DNA from: an uncultured Gammaproteobacteria bacterium
Lineage (GTDB): Bacteria; Patescibacteriota; Patescibacteriia; Magasanikbacterales; GWA2-37-8
Length of the DNA: 64,000 nt
Assembly (NCBI GenBank): GCA_964482695.1
Contig: CAYZYP010000002.1
Location: 46,962 to 110,961, forward strand
Direction: 5' to 3'
A model generated the notes under the pieces. It had not been told where the DNA came from, did no database searches, and worked only from the letters and a program-made list of their open reading frames with translations. Shown here one piece after another: positions 15,955 through 25,946 of the stretch (position 1 is the first letter of the stretch; every line of letters begins with the position of its first letter). A program made the position numbers and the translations under genes.

Positions 15955-18171
15955 TTATTTAGTTCCAGCGATTGTTAAATCTTGGGTAGAAATCCATTTG
16001 GCAATTTTATCCGGTTCAACAAAGCGATTGTTATAATCTGAATTACCCATAGTAATTACTACGTATTTTTTATTGTCACTCGTGCTTTTAATTAATAAGA
16101 ATAAAACCGCGCCAGCTTCTTCGGTATAACCAGTTTTGCTAGAAATAATTTCGTAATTACTATTATTAAAGGCTAGGCTATTGGTATTTTTAATCGAAAA
16201 ATAGTGTCCATTTGATGTGCCAAAATCATGTCTTTGTTTCCCCAGAATATTTTTAACATCAAAACTTTTTTCTAAAGAATAAGTAAATAATTTTAGTAAA
16301 TCACGCGGAGTGGAAACATTTTTTTCGCTCAGTCCGCTTACATCATCAAGAGAACTGTTAGAGGCGCCCCACTCTTTGAATCGTTGGTTGATTTTTTCTA
16401 CCAACTGCTTTTCTGTTAATCCAGTGGTTTGCACGGCTAGACGAGCGACGTTATTGTAAGATCCGATAAGCATAGTGTTTAAAACGTCTTTGTTGGTAAT
16501 TTTTGTGCCATCAGTTATCGCCAAACTATAACCTTCGGCGCCGTATTTTTTAGAGTCATAAACACTGGTTTTATTTTGATCAAAACCTTGTTGCAAAATT
16601 TCAAAGCCAACAAAAGTTTTAGTAAACGAAGCTATCGGTCTTTTGGTGTCAATATTTTTACCGGCGATTACTTTGCCGCTTGGATATTCGGCTACTATAT
16701 AAGCTGGCATATTAGTGCCGTATAAATCTTTAACACCAGTGGCCGCGTCACCCAAAAAAGCGTATTGAGTTTTGTTTAAATCAGTAACATCGATGCCACC
16801 AGAATAATAAATCGACTCGCCGTTTAAAATGGTCATGATAGCCGTAGAATCAACAGAAATTACGTTTTCTTTTTTATAACCCATGGCTAAAAAAGTTTTT
16901 TCATCGGCGAATTTTCTTTTTTTACCATCTTCCATGACATAAATATTGTTACTATCTTTGCTTTTAAATAAAGTACCGTCTTTAAATTGCAATGGGGAGT
17001 CAGCTAGTTTAAATTTGTTCAAATCGGCCAAAACATGCTTTTCAATTGTCAAAGTTTTGTAATCTGTTTGTACAATACCTTTGTCGGTAATAGAATAAGC
17101 AACACTATTTTTAATTAAATAATAAGAGTTGTTGTAATCAGTAATTTGATAAATAATTCCCTGGGGAGCGTACTCGACTTCGGTAATGGTAGAACCAATG
17201 GCTAAGCCGATTAAATCATTTTCATTAACAGTAATTATTTCTTCTGGGTTATAACCAATTTTTTTAACAACCGTGTCCGAAGCAAAAGGTCTTAAAGTAT
17301 CATAATCTAATAAATAGGTCGCCTTGGCTGTTTTAAGAAGCGAATAATTAGGAAAAGTTATGTCTGCTCCTAATTTATAATTAGACAATTCAGCGTCAGT
17401 AACAGTAATAATCATTTTGGGATCAGCGCGAGAGATTAAAACTGATTGGTTTTTAAATTTGCGGCGAGTGTTGTTTTGCACCAACCAAACATCGCTAGAC
17501 GAAGCTGATTTAAGCAAAGTGCCATTTGGGTAGCTTATTTGGAACCATTCTTGCCAAATTTTCCAAAAATTTTCATTGCCGTGTAAGTGGGGAGTATAGG
17601 TATACAAAAAGGCTGTTGCCCAACTTTTTGGTATAACAGATTGGCCGTCTATAACCGTTTCTTGATCTTTTTTCTTAACTATCGAAGAGCTTTGATTGTC
17701 GTAATACCAACGCATAAGCCCAGCGGAATTATCTACTTGTTTGCCAAAGCCTTTATATTTTTCTAGTTTTGGGTCGCTGGTATCACAACTGTCGCAAACA
17801 GCATAGCCTGTGGCCCAATCAAGCTGTTTGGCTTCTGGGGTTGGGTCGGTAATCAAACTCTGTTCTTTTTGCAAAGTAACTAATAAATATTTAGGGTTAA
17901 TGTTGTAGTTTTTAGAAGCGTCATAAATAATATCAGCAGCTGTTTTAGGTAATCCTTTGTAATCAACCGTAACATAATTGCTTAAATAGCTATTTTTATT
18001 ATGTAAAAAAGCGCTGATATCATTTCGCGACCAACTATTACAATCTTGAATTTCTTCGTCGGAAACAATAAAGTGCGGGTCAAAGGTAGTGGCGGCTAGA
18101 GTGGTGAAAGGAGAAAATAAAAAAGAAGTTATAATAAAGACATTAAAAATATGGAAAGTTTGTTTTTTCAT
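15955..18171 (-). CDS. Secreted D-alanyl-D-alanine carboxypeptidase (peptidase S11/PBP5-like) with a large N-terminal extension
   Basis: Signal peptide, then SFTK (SxxK), SYN (SxN) and KTG motifs in the C-terminal ~300 aa. Confidence 0.7.
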   Translation of the reverse strand: MKKQTFHIFNVFIITSFLFSPFTTLAATTFDPHFIVSDEEIQDCNSWSRNDISAFLHNKNSYLSNYVTVDYKGLPKTAADIIYDASKNYNINPKYLLVTLQKEQSLITDPTPEAKQLDWATGYAVCDSCDTSDPKLEKYKGFGKQVDNSAGLMRWYYDNQSSSIVKKKDQETVIDGQSVIPKSWATAFLYTYTPHLHGNENFWKIWQEWFQISYPNGTLLKSASSSDVWLVQNNTRRKFKNQSVLISRADPKMIITVTDAELSNYKLGADITFPNYSLLKTAKATYLLDYDTLRPFASDTVVKKIGYNPEEIITVNENDLIGLAIGSTITEVEYAPQGIIYQITDYNNSYYLIKNSVAYSITDKGIVQTDYKTLTIEKHVLADLNKFKLADSPLQFKDGTLFKSKDSNNIYVMEDGKKRKFADEKTFLAMGYKKENVISVDSTAIMTILNGESIYYSGGIDVTDLNKTQYAFLGDAATGVKDLYGTNMPAYIVAEYPSGKVIAGKNIDTKRPIASFTKTFVGFEILQQGFDQNKTSVYDSKKYGAEGYSLAITDGTKITNKDVLNTMLIGSYNNVARLAVQTTGLTEKQLVEKINQRFKEWGASNSSLDDVSGLSEKNVSTPRDLLKLFTYSLEKSFDVKNILGKQRHDFGTSNGHYFSIKNTNSLAFNNSNYEIISSKTGYTEEAGAVLFLLIKSTSDNKKYVVITMGNSDYNNRFVEPDKIAKWISTQDLTIAGTK

Positions 18172-18258
18172 AATGATTTGTTAGTTATTACTTTTAATAT
18201 ATTATAACATATTAAATTAAAAGCACCAATTGAAAGAGGGTTATCCACAGCCTTTCTC

Positions 18259-18289
18259 TTGACACCACCACCATAGGTGGAGGTATAAT
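18259..18289 (+). promoter_or_regulatory. csoR promoter with a candidate operator (CCACC-ATA-GGTGG) between the -35 and -10
   Basis: TTGACA at 18259-18264, TATAAT at 18284-18289, and an inverted repeat at 18268-18280 inside the spacer. Confidence 0.5.
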
Positions 18290-18343
18290 AGAAACAGATA
18301 ATTAAAAATATCAAACAATTAATTATTTAATTATAATCTCAAT

Positions 18344-18619
18344 ATGTTGGAACCATATACAGCCAAAGTCAAATTAAATCTAAAGAAAGTGCAGGGGCAA
18401 ATTAATCTGGTAAATAAGATGATCGAAGAAAAAAGATATTGTGTTGATGTGGCTCAACAGGTAAACGCGGCCATTGGTATTTTAAAACAAACTAATAATA
18501 TTATTTTGGAAAGCCATTTAAATACTTGCGCTACCAGTAAATTAAACTCAAAAAAAGCCGGTGAACGTGAAGAATTTGTCAAAGAATTGATACAGACTTT
18601 TAATGTGGCGGGGAAATAA
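18344..18619 (+). CDS. csoR: CsoR/RcnR-family metal-sensing transcriptional repressor
   Basis: 91 aa with the C...H...C ligand pattern (YCVDV....HLNTC). Confidence 0.8.
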   Translation: MLEPYTAKVKLNLKKVQGQINLVNKMIEEKRYCVDVAQQVNAAIGILKQTNNIILESHLNTCATSKLNSKKAGEREEFVKELIQTFNVAGK

Positions 18620-18650
18620 TATAAAAATAATTTATCATTATACATATACA

Positions 18651-18790
18651 TTCTCAGCATTAAATTATTTTTAGACACATCAATTTTGCCCAGCGGCAAA
18701 ATTAACTTAAGTGCTCGGCAAAAATCCCGACTAACGTCGGGACCATGCATTTTTGCCTCGCAAACTCTAAAAATAATTTAATGCTGAGAA
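18651..18790. repeat. Nested-palindrome structured repeat, copy 1 (about 96-nt conserved core inside a locus-specific 22-bp inverted repeat)
   Basis: Outer arms TTCTCAGCATTAAATTATTTTT / AAAAATAATTTAATGCTGAGAA. The core TAGACACATCAATTTTGCCCAGCGGCAAAATTAACTTAAGTGCTCGGCAAAAATCCCGACTAACGTCGGGACCATGCATTTTTGCCTCGCAAACTCT contains two sub-hairpins. Confidence 0.8.
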
Positions 18791-18808
18791 TGTAATTAAA
18801 CAAAAAAT

Positions 18809-20254
18809 ATGCAAAAACGAACAATTTTTATCAACGGCATGCACTGCGCGTCCTGCGAACTTTTAATAGAAAATAATCTTAAAAAAATAAATGGAGTTAA
18901 AGAAGTTAAAATTAGCCACAAAACAGGACAGGCAGAGATAAGTTTTACAGGAGATGTTTTAGCAGACAGTGATGTTTTACAAGCGGTAAAAGACGCTGGT
19001 TACGATATTGGCTCGGTTAATAAATTATCATTCTTTTCTAAAGACATAAAAGATTATAAAAATTTATTAATAGCGGCTTTAATTATATTAATCGGCTATT
19101 TAACCGCTAAATGGTTTGGTTTGTTTGAACTTAATGTAAACACTTCATCTGATGGCTTGTTTATTTCTTTATTAGTTGGTTTGGTGGCCGGCATTTCTAC
19201 CTGCATGGCTTTGGTTGGCGGGCTGGTGTTGGCTTTGTCAGCCAGGCACGCCGAAATCCACCCCGAAGCAACGTCGATGCAAAAATTTCGACCGCATTTA
19301 TTTTTTAATCTTGGTCGGATTGTCGGTTTTGGTTTGTTGGGCGGTTTAATCGGCTTAATTGGTTCAACTGTAAAATTTTCTACCAACACGTTGGCCATGA
19401 TGACAATAATAATTGGGTTAGTGATGATTTTTTTAGGTTTAAAGTTAGTAGAAATATTTCCTTTTTTAAAAAATAAAACAATTTCATTGCCAAAAAGCAT
19501 TTCTAAATTTTTTGGTTTTAAAAGCGAGCAGAAAGAATACAGTCATAAGGGGGCGTTTGTTACTGGTGTACTGACATTTTTTTTACCCTGTGGCTTTACG
19601 CAAGCGATGCAATTATACGCTGTAAGCACTGGTAGTTTTGGGCGTGGAGCGCTAATTATGTTTTTATTCGCCTTAGGCACCGCGCCCGGACTATTGGGCA
19701 TTGGGGGAGTTAGTTCTTTATTTAAAGGTCAACGTAAAAGATTATTTTTTGCTACTGCCGGCGTGTTGGTAATTTTATTTGGGATTTATAACATCACTAA
19801 TGCCAGCAAGCTTATTGCTATAAACAATGTCCCTAAAACTAATAATACAAACAATATTATTTCAAATGGAAAAACACAAGAAGTTAAAATGACCCAAAAA
19901 GCCAATGGCTACGCGCCAAATGTATTTACCGTGAAAAAGGGCGTGCCGATAAAATGGATTATTACTTCGGAAACAACATTTTCTTGCGCCAGCTATATTG
20001 CCATGCCAAAATATGGTATTAGCCAATCGCTTAAAAAAGGCGAGAATATTATCACCTTTACCCCAACAGAAATCGGTGAAATTCCATTTTCTTGTTCAAT
20101 GGGCATGTATACCGGGAAATTTATCGTGGTGGATAATGATTCTGCTGTTTCCGCGCCAACTACTGACAAAAGTTTGTCTTCTGGCGGCGGCTGTAGAATG
20201 ACGAGTAGCGGCGGGGGTTGTGGTGGCTGTGGTGGGATAGTAAAGAATAATTAA
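18809..20254 (+). CDS. HMA-domain membrane protein (putative Cu chaperone/permease) with a C-terminal cupredoxin-like domain and a Gly/Cys-rich tail
   Basis: N-terminal MHCASCE heavy-metal-associated motif, about 8 TM helices, a beta-rich C-terminal domain, and a tail [20 protein letters not shown]. Confidence 0.6.
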   Translation: MQKRTIFINGMHCASCELLIENNLKKINGVKEVKISHKTGQAEISFTGDVLADSDVLQAVKDAGYDIGSVNKLSFFSKDIKDYKNLLIAALIILIGYLTAKWFGLFELNVNTSSDGLFISLLVGLVAGISTCMALVGGLVLALSARHAEIHPEATSMQKFRPHLFFNLGRIVGFGLLGGLIGLIGSTVKFSTNTLAMMTIIIGLVMIFLGLKLVEIFPFLKNKTISLPKSISKFFGFKSEQKEYSHKGAFVTGVLTFFLPCGFTQAMQLYAVSTGSFGRGALIMFLFALGTAPGLLGIGGVSSLFKGQRKRLFFATAGVLVILFGIYNITNASKLIAINNVPKTNNTNNIISNGKTQEVKMTQKANGYAPNVFTVKKGVPIKWIITSETTFSCASYIAMPKYGISQSLKKGENIITFTPTEIGEIPFSCSMGMYTGKFIVVDNDSAVSAPTTDKSLSSGGGCRMTSSGGGCGGCGGIVKNN

Positions 20255-20265
20255 AATTTAATAAT

Positions 20266-22611
20266 ATGTCTGCTAAATTATACTTACAAATTCAAGGCAT
20301 GCATTGCGCGTCGTGCGCTCGCTTGGTGGAAAATGGTTTAAAAAAGATAGCTGGTGTTAACGAAGTAAATGTTAATTTTTCCACCGAAAAAGCAAAGGTC
20401 ATTTTTGATGAAAATAAAACTAATATCACAAAATTAATAGAAGCTGTAAAAAAAGCTGGCTATAAAGCTGCTGTTAATGAACCAGGAGATCAAGACGCGG
20501 AACAACAAAGAAAACAGCAAGAAATTAAAATAATAAAAAATAATTTTCTTTTAAGCGCTTTTTTTAGTTTGCCAATGTTGTATTTCATGCTGTTGGATTT
20601 TTTTATTTTTTTACCCGGCAATGAATTTATAATGCCATTTATGGGTATTATTTCTTTAATTCTTGCCACCCCCATACAATTTATCATTGGCGCTGGTTTT
20701 TATCGGGGTCTGTGGAGCGGTTTAAAGATGAAAACTTTTAACATGGATAGTTTAATCGCCATTGGCACCAGCACGGCGTTTATTTATAGTTTAATTCAAT
20801 TTATAATTTACGTCATAAATAACGGGAGTGTGTTCGGTTTGAACGGAGAAAAAATTCCCGACTTATATTTTGAAACAGCGGCGTTTTTAATTACTTTCGT
20901 GATTTTGGGCAAATGGCTAGAAGCAAAAGCCAAAGGGCGTACTTCGGAAGCGATTAAAAAATTAATGGGTTTACAGCCAAAAACCGCGCGCGTTATAAAA
21001 AATAACGCGACAATGGACGTGCCAATTGAACAGGTTCAAGTCGGCGATACTATTGTTGTCAGGCCGGGCGAAAAAATTCCGGTTGACGGCGAAATTACCA
21101 AAGGTAACTCGTCTGTTGACGAATCAATGTTGACCGGCGAAAGTATTCCGGTGGAAAAAAATATTGGCGATAAAGTAGTTGGCGCGACGATAAATAAGCA
21201 CGGCAGTTTTGAATTTAAAGCCACCAAAGTCGGCAGTGAAACCGCTTTGGCGCAAATTGTTCGTTTGATAGAAGAAGCCCAAGGGTCAAAAGCGCCCATC
21301 CAAGCTTTTGCTGATAAAATTTCCGCCTATTTTGTGCCAACAGTCATTGGCTTGGCAATTCTTACTTTTATAATTTGGTTTTTTATACTAAGCGCTGGTT
21401 TTGCCTTTAGTATTATGGCGTTTACGGCCGTGATAGTTATTGCTTGCCCCTGCGCCCTGGGATTGGCCACACCAACCGCTATAATGGTAGGTACTGGTAA
21501 AGGAGCAGAATACGGGGTGTTGATTAAAGGCGGTGAACCATTAGAGGCAGCTTGTAAAATAAAAGCGATTGTTTTTGATAAAACAGGCACTTTGACCAAA
21601 GGAGAGCCGGAAGTGACTGATATTGTTGGCTTAGCGGAAAGTGACGAAGAAGAAATTATTAGTATTGCCGCAAGTTTAGAAAAATTATCAGAGCATCCTT
21701 TAGCCGAAGCAATTGTCAAATACGCGACAGAAGAATCAATTGTTTTAGAAGAGGCAGATAACTTTAAAGCTATTCCCGGTCATGGCGTGGAAGCGATTAT
21801 CAATGGCCAAAAATATTATTTTGGTAATAGAAAATTGATGACCGATATTGTGAATTTAGATGTCAGTAAGACAGAGAGAAAAATTCGTAAACTGGAAGAA
21901 GGTGGAAAAACTACCATGATACTATCTTCTGATAAAGAAATTCTCGGGTTAATCGCGGTGGCCGATACTTTGAAAGAAAGTACAGTGGAAGCGGTTCAGC
22001 AATTGCAAAAACGTGGGTTAGAAGTTTATATGATAACCGGTGATAATCGCCGCACAGCCGAAGCTATTGCTAAACAAGTTGGTATAAAAAATGTTTTAGC
22101 CGAAGTTTTGCCAGAAGATAAGGCGAATGAGATAAAAAAAATACAAGGCATGGGCGTGAGAGTAGCGATGGTGGGGGATGGAATTAACGACGCGCCAGCA
22201 TTGGCGCAAGCTGATTTGGGTATTGCTATGGGCGGGGGCACTGATGTGGCGATGGAAACCGGCGGCATTGTCATTATTAAAAATGATTTGCGCGATGTCC
22301 TCACCGCTATTAAACTAAGCCGCGAGACAATGGGGAAAATTAAACAAAATATGTTTTTTGCTTTGTTCTATAATGTTATTGGCATCCCCATTGCCGCGCG
22401 CGTTTTTGTTGGTTTGGGCTTAATTTTAAAGCCAGAACTAGCCGGACTAGCTATGGCCATGAGCTCTATTTCTGTTGTCAGTAATTCTTTGTTACTGCGC
22501 CGTTTTCACCCGCGTAAAAAAAATTATTTTTCAATTATCGCGCCAATTATTATGGGTGTGATTTTTTTGATATTGTTTGTTGTATTCGCCAAGTGGAGCG
22601 CGAAAGTATAA
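20266..22611 (+). CDS. copA: Copper-translocating P1B-type ATPase
   Basis: MHCASCA (HMA), CPC, DKTGTLT and GDGINDAP motifs. Confidence 0.95.
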   Translation: MSAKLYLQIQGMHCASCARLVENGLKKIAGVNEVNVNFSTEKAKVIFDENKTNITKLIEAVKKAGYKAAVNEPGDQDAEQQRKQQEIKIIKNNFLLSAFFSLPMLYFMLLDFFIFLPGNEFIMPFMGIISLILATPIQFIIGAGFYRGLWSGLKMKTFNMDSLIAIGTSTAFIYSLIQFIIYVINNGSVFGLNGEKIPDLYFETAAFLITFVILGKWLEAKAKGRTSEAIKKLMGLQPKTARVIKNNATMDVPIEQVQVGDTIVVRPGEKIPVDGEITKGNSSVDESMLTGESIPVEKNIGDKVVGATINKHGSFEFKATKVGSETALAQIVRLIEEAQGSKAPIQAFADKISAYFVPTVIGLAILTFIIWFFILSAGFAFSIMAFTAVIVIACPCALGLATPTAIMVGTGKGAEYGVLIKGGEPLEAACKIKAIVFDKTGTLTKGEPEVTDIVGLAESDEEEIISIAASLEKLSEHPLAEAIVKYATEESIVLEEADNFKAIPGHGVEAIINGQKYYFGNRKLMTDIVNLDVSKTERKIRKLEEGGKTTMILSSDKEILGLIAVADTLKESTVEAVQQLQKRGLEVYMITGDNRRTAEAIAKQVGIKNVLAEVLPEDKANEIKKIQGMGVRVAMVGDGINDAPALAQADLGIAMGGGTDVAMETGGIVIIKNDLRDVLTAIKLSRETMGKIKQNMFFALFYNVIGIPIAARVFVGLGLILKPELAGLAMAMSSISVVSNSLLLRRFHPRKKNYFSIIAPIIMGVIFLILFVVFAKWSAKV

Positions 22612-23002
22612 TTATATTAAAAAATTTTACAGATAATATTTTTTTGTGGATAACTTCCATTGACCAAGAATAACTTTTCATCTAAACTATCTTTAGTTCT
22701 TTCAAATATATCAAGAGCGGTGCGAGGGAATCGGCCCGACAACCACCCAGCAACCCCCAAAGCGGGGGTGCTAATTCCGAACCCTAAATACAGGGAAAGA
22801 TAAGTTTTGTCTTGTCTACCCGCCTCTGGCGGAGACAAGGCAAAAAACGCTTTTTTAAAAAGGCCTTTTACTCTTTCTTTGTGATATATTTAGGGTAAAG
22901 GGCTTTTTTGTTTTATTATGTAAAAATTGTATTTCCATTCATAGACGGTTTAAGAATTAAAACAATTTAATTTTTAAACCGTCTATGACGGAAGGAGAAG
23001 AA

Positions 23003-23155
23003 ATGAAAAAAAAGGATAAAAAAAAATCCCCGCCCACACCCCCGCCTCTTTCACGAGAAAAATTAGAGGAGTTGGCCAATGCTGGCCAACTCCGTCCTTC
23101 TTTTTTCTGCGATTCGCGCATGGCCAAAGTAGCGGCCAACAACGCGGGTCGTTAG
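23003..23155 (+). CDS. Small hypothetical protein (50 aa), Pro/Lys-rich N-terminus
   Basis: Strong Shine-Dalgarno AAGGAG 5 nt upstream of the ATG, which is unusual here, and a 14-bp hairpin immediately before it. An antisense ORF (22957..23142) overlaps. Confidence 0.3.
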   Translation: MKKKDKKKSPPTPPPLSREKLEELANAGQLRPSFFCDSRMAKVAANNAGR

Positions 23156-23771
23156 CCACCGAGGCAATTCCCTCCCCATGGGTCGACCTCGGTGGCGACC
23201 CAATCCCTTTTCAAAAAATCATAAACTTAAAATTACATAAAAACACCCCGACTAAGTCAGAGTGTTTTTAAATTTTGCTTTCCAGTCAGTGAATATTTTT
23301 TGCAACATTGTTATCCCCGCGAAAGTGGGGGATCCAGAATAGTTGTAAAAAATACAGGGGACTGGAACGCAGTACCCATTTGGTTTTTTTTGGCGCGGAA
23401 CGCGCCTAAGAGAGGAGATTATTGCTCGGCAACCTCGATTCCGGGGTCGCTGAGATTATACCCGGAGAGTTGGAGGCTGCCCGGGTAGCGGAAGATGAGG
23501 CGGTCATAGGAGTACCACCTCGATGCTGAATTTTTGTGCGGGCGTGCTAGAATTTCCTTGTTTCTCGCCCGTTTTTCAGTAGAAGGCGTCCGTATTCCAC
23601 CGAAGAAAAAAATGGTGGTTTTTTTTCCATCTTTTTCCAGTGTTGCGTTCAACATGTTTTTTGCCATCGCTTCTTCCTTTCTTGTAACGTGGTTGTACGA
23701 CCAGAATTGGATGAAAGAATACCAAAGAGAGAGAGTTGTCAAGAAAAAGCGATGCTGATATAATTACTCAC

Positions 23772-24914
23772 ATGAATCTAATAATCCACCCAGACGAACT
23801 ATTTCTTAAAGGCGCTAATCAGCGCTTGTTTTACGATCAATTAATTAATAATTTAAAGCAAATATTTAAACAAATAAAAGTTGAAAGAACAGAAAGCGGT
23901 TTGTGGGTAGAAAATTTTGAAGAAAATAAACTAAGTCAATTAGCCAAAGTTCCTGGTATTTCCAATTTCGCGGTAGGGGAGAGAGGGGGAAATGGAGTGG
24001 AGGAAATAAAGAAAAATGTTTTAAATTTATTGAAACAAATGTCTCGGGATGACAAAGATGCTGTAACTTTTCGCGTTACTACCACTCGTTCCTATAAAGG
24101 TTACCCACTATCTTCCAAACAGCTAGACATAGAAATTGGCGATTTTGTGCGACAAAAATACGGTTGGCAAGTTAATTTAAAAAATTACGATTTAAACATC
24201 TCTGTTAATATTGGCAAAGAGAATGCCACAGTCTATTCAAATCCAATTGAAGGTGCTGGCGGCCTGCCAACTGGTGTTTCTGGCAAAATGCTTTGTCTTT
24301 TGTCCGGTGGCATAGACAGCCCGGTGGCGGCCTATAAAATGATGACTAGGGGCGCGGAAGTAGGTTTGATTCATTTTCAAAATCAAACCTCGGTTACAGA
24401 CGAAGTGAGCGAGAAAATTTTTGATTTAGCCAAAATATTATCTTTATACCAGTCTAAAATTAAAATTTTCATTATTCCTTTTGCTGATCTTCAAAAACAA
24501 GTAGTGATGAGTATTCCGGCCGAATATCGCATGCTTGTAACACGTCGCTTATTTTTTAAAATAGCCGAAAATATTGCCAAAAACAATAATTACCAAGCAC
24601 TAATAACTGGCGATAGCCTTGGTCAAGTGGCTTCACAAACAGTAGAAAACCTAACTGTTACCAGCCAAGCGGTGGAAATGTTAAAATTTTCACCATTGAT
24701 TGGTGCTAATAAAAAAGATATAATGGAGATGGCAAAACAAATCGGCACTTACGAAATATCTACCAGGCCATACGAAGATTGTTGCAGTTTATTTGTCGCC
24801 AAACATCCACAAACCAGAGCAAAAATAAATGACGTTTTAAAACTAGAAAAAAATCTATCTTTGCCGGATCTTGACAAAACAACCTTTAAATCATACTATA
24901 TTAGTAATAATTAG
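23772..24914 (+). CDS. thiI: tRNA 4-thiouridine(8) synthase / thiamine sulfur-carrier adenylyltransferase ThiI
   Basis: THUMP-like N-terminus and PP-loop SGGIDSP. Start chosen at MNLIIHPDELFLKG; the ORF track gives 23736. Confidence 0.88.
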   Translation: MNLIIHPDELFLKGANQRLFYDQLINNLKQIFKQIKVERTESGLWVENFEENKLSQLAKVPGISNFAVGERGGNGVEEIKKNVLNLLKQMSRDDKDAVTFRVTTTRSYKGYPLSSKQLDIEIGDFVRQKYGWQVNLKNYDLNISVNIGKENATVYSNPIEGAGGLPTGVSGKMLCLLSGGIDSPVAAYKMMTRGAEVGLIHFQNQTSVTDEVSEKIFDLAKILSLYQSKIKIFIIPFADLQKQVVMSIPAEYRMLVTRRLFFKIAENIAKNNNYQALITGDSLGQVASQTVENLTVTSQAVEMLKFSPLIGANKKDIMEMAKQIGTYEISTRPYEDCCSLFVAKHPQTRAKINDVLKLEKNLSLPDLDKTTFKSYYISNN

Positions 24915-24943
24915 TTTTTATTAGCCGGCTATTTACCAAAATT

Positions 24944-25537
24944 ATGCTCAACGAAATAGTCTTTGACATTGAAACACAAAATACTTTTGCCGAAGTAGGA
25001 AATGATTTTAAAAAATTTCGCGTCTCGGTTGTTTCTATATATAGCTATGCCACCGATAGTTACCAAAGCTTTGTTGAAAATGAAATTGGTAAATTATGGC
25101 CTATTTTAGAAAAAGCCGATCGTTTAATAGGCTACAATAGCGAACATTTTGATTTGCCAATTTTAAATAATTATTATCCGGGCGATCTTTTAAAATTACC
25201 CCACCTAGATTTAATGAAGCAAATAAAAGAAGGTGCTGGTATGCGTTTAAAATTAAGCGATGTGGCCGAGGCGACTTTGGATAATATTAGTAAAAGCGCT
25301 AATGGCTTGCAGGCAATTGTTTGGTGGCGCGAAGGAAAGATAGCAGAAATAAAAAAATACTGCGAGCAAGATGTAAATGTTACCAAAGCTCTTTATGAAT
25401 TTGGCCGGCAAAATAAACAATTGTTTTATAAATCATTAACAGGAGAAATTTTACCATTCGCGGTAAATTTTGATTTACCAGCCGTTTCAATTAATGTCAG
25501 TGGAACAAAAAATATAAATTTAACATTGCCTTTTTAA
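24944..25537 (+). CDS. DEDD-family 3'-5' exonuclease (RNase H-like fold)
   Basis: Exo I FDIET, Exo II YNSEHFDLP and Exo III YCEQD motifs. Confidence 0.6.
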   Translation: MLNEIVFDIETQNTFAEVGNDFKKFRVSVVSIYSYATDSYQSFVENEIGKLWPILEKADRLIGYNSEHFDLPILNNYYPGDLLKLPHLDLMKQIKEGAGMRLKLSDVAEATLDNISKSANGLQAIVWWREGKIAEIKKYCEQDVNVTKALYEFGRQNKQLFYKSLTGEILPFAVNFDLPAVSINVSGTKNINLTLPF

Positions 25538-25539
25538 AT

Positions 25540-25926
25540 ATGTTTACCTTTCGTCGTGAAACCGATTACGCTATTCAATTTATAATATTTTTAGCAAAAT
25601 GTAAGAAATGTTTTTGCAGTTTAAAAGAATTTGCTGAAAAAGAAAATATTTCTTTCTTTTTTATGCAAAAGATAGCGCGTCGGTTGCAAGCAGGTAAAAT
25701 AATAGAAGCTGGCAAAGGCGTAAAAGGAGGTTATCGTTTGCGAATTAAAAAAATAAATTTAAAAGAAATAGTTGAAGTAATAGAAGGAAAAATAGGCTTA
25801 TTGCCTTGTTTAAAACAGACGAACTTTTGTTGCGCTAAACAAGGAAAAAATTGTGAATTAAAAAATATAATAAACAAATTAAACAAAGATTTTTGCCAAA
25901 AAATACAGGCAATTAAAATAGTTTAA
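25540..25926 (+). CDS. Rrf2-family transcriptional regulator (IscR-like)
   Basis: Winged-helix pattern SLKEFAEKENIS...GKGVKGGYRL, immediately upstream of iscS-iscU. Confidence 0.7.
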   Translation: MFTFRRETDYAIQFIIFLAKCKKCFCSLKEFAEKENISFFFMQKIARRLQAGKIIEAGKGVKGGYRLRIKKINLKEIVEVIEGKIGLLPCLKQTNFCCAKQGKNCELKNIINKLNKDFCQKIQAIKIV

Positions 25927-25946
25927 TAATTACGAAATAAGTAATT

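Noticed and set aside
23445-23500. TPP riboswitch call upstream of thiI
   Set aside because: The CUGAGA...ACCC half is present but the conserved 3' half (GAACCUGAUC...GCG.AGGGA) is not. It is kept as a weak observation inside a finding rather than a feature.
22640-23760. Possible RNase P RNA, tmRNA, SRP RNA or T-box in the ORF-free region
   Set aside because: No GGAAAGUCCGG/ACAGAA (RNase P), no GGUUCGA-type T-loop with a tag ORF (tmRNA), and no SRP domain IV motif were found. There is only an 8/12 match to the T-box core on the minus strand with no downstream gene. The region is reported only as an unexplained structured region.
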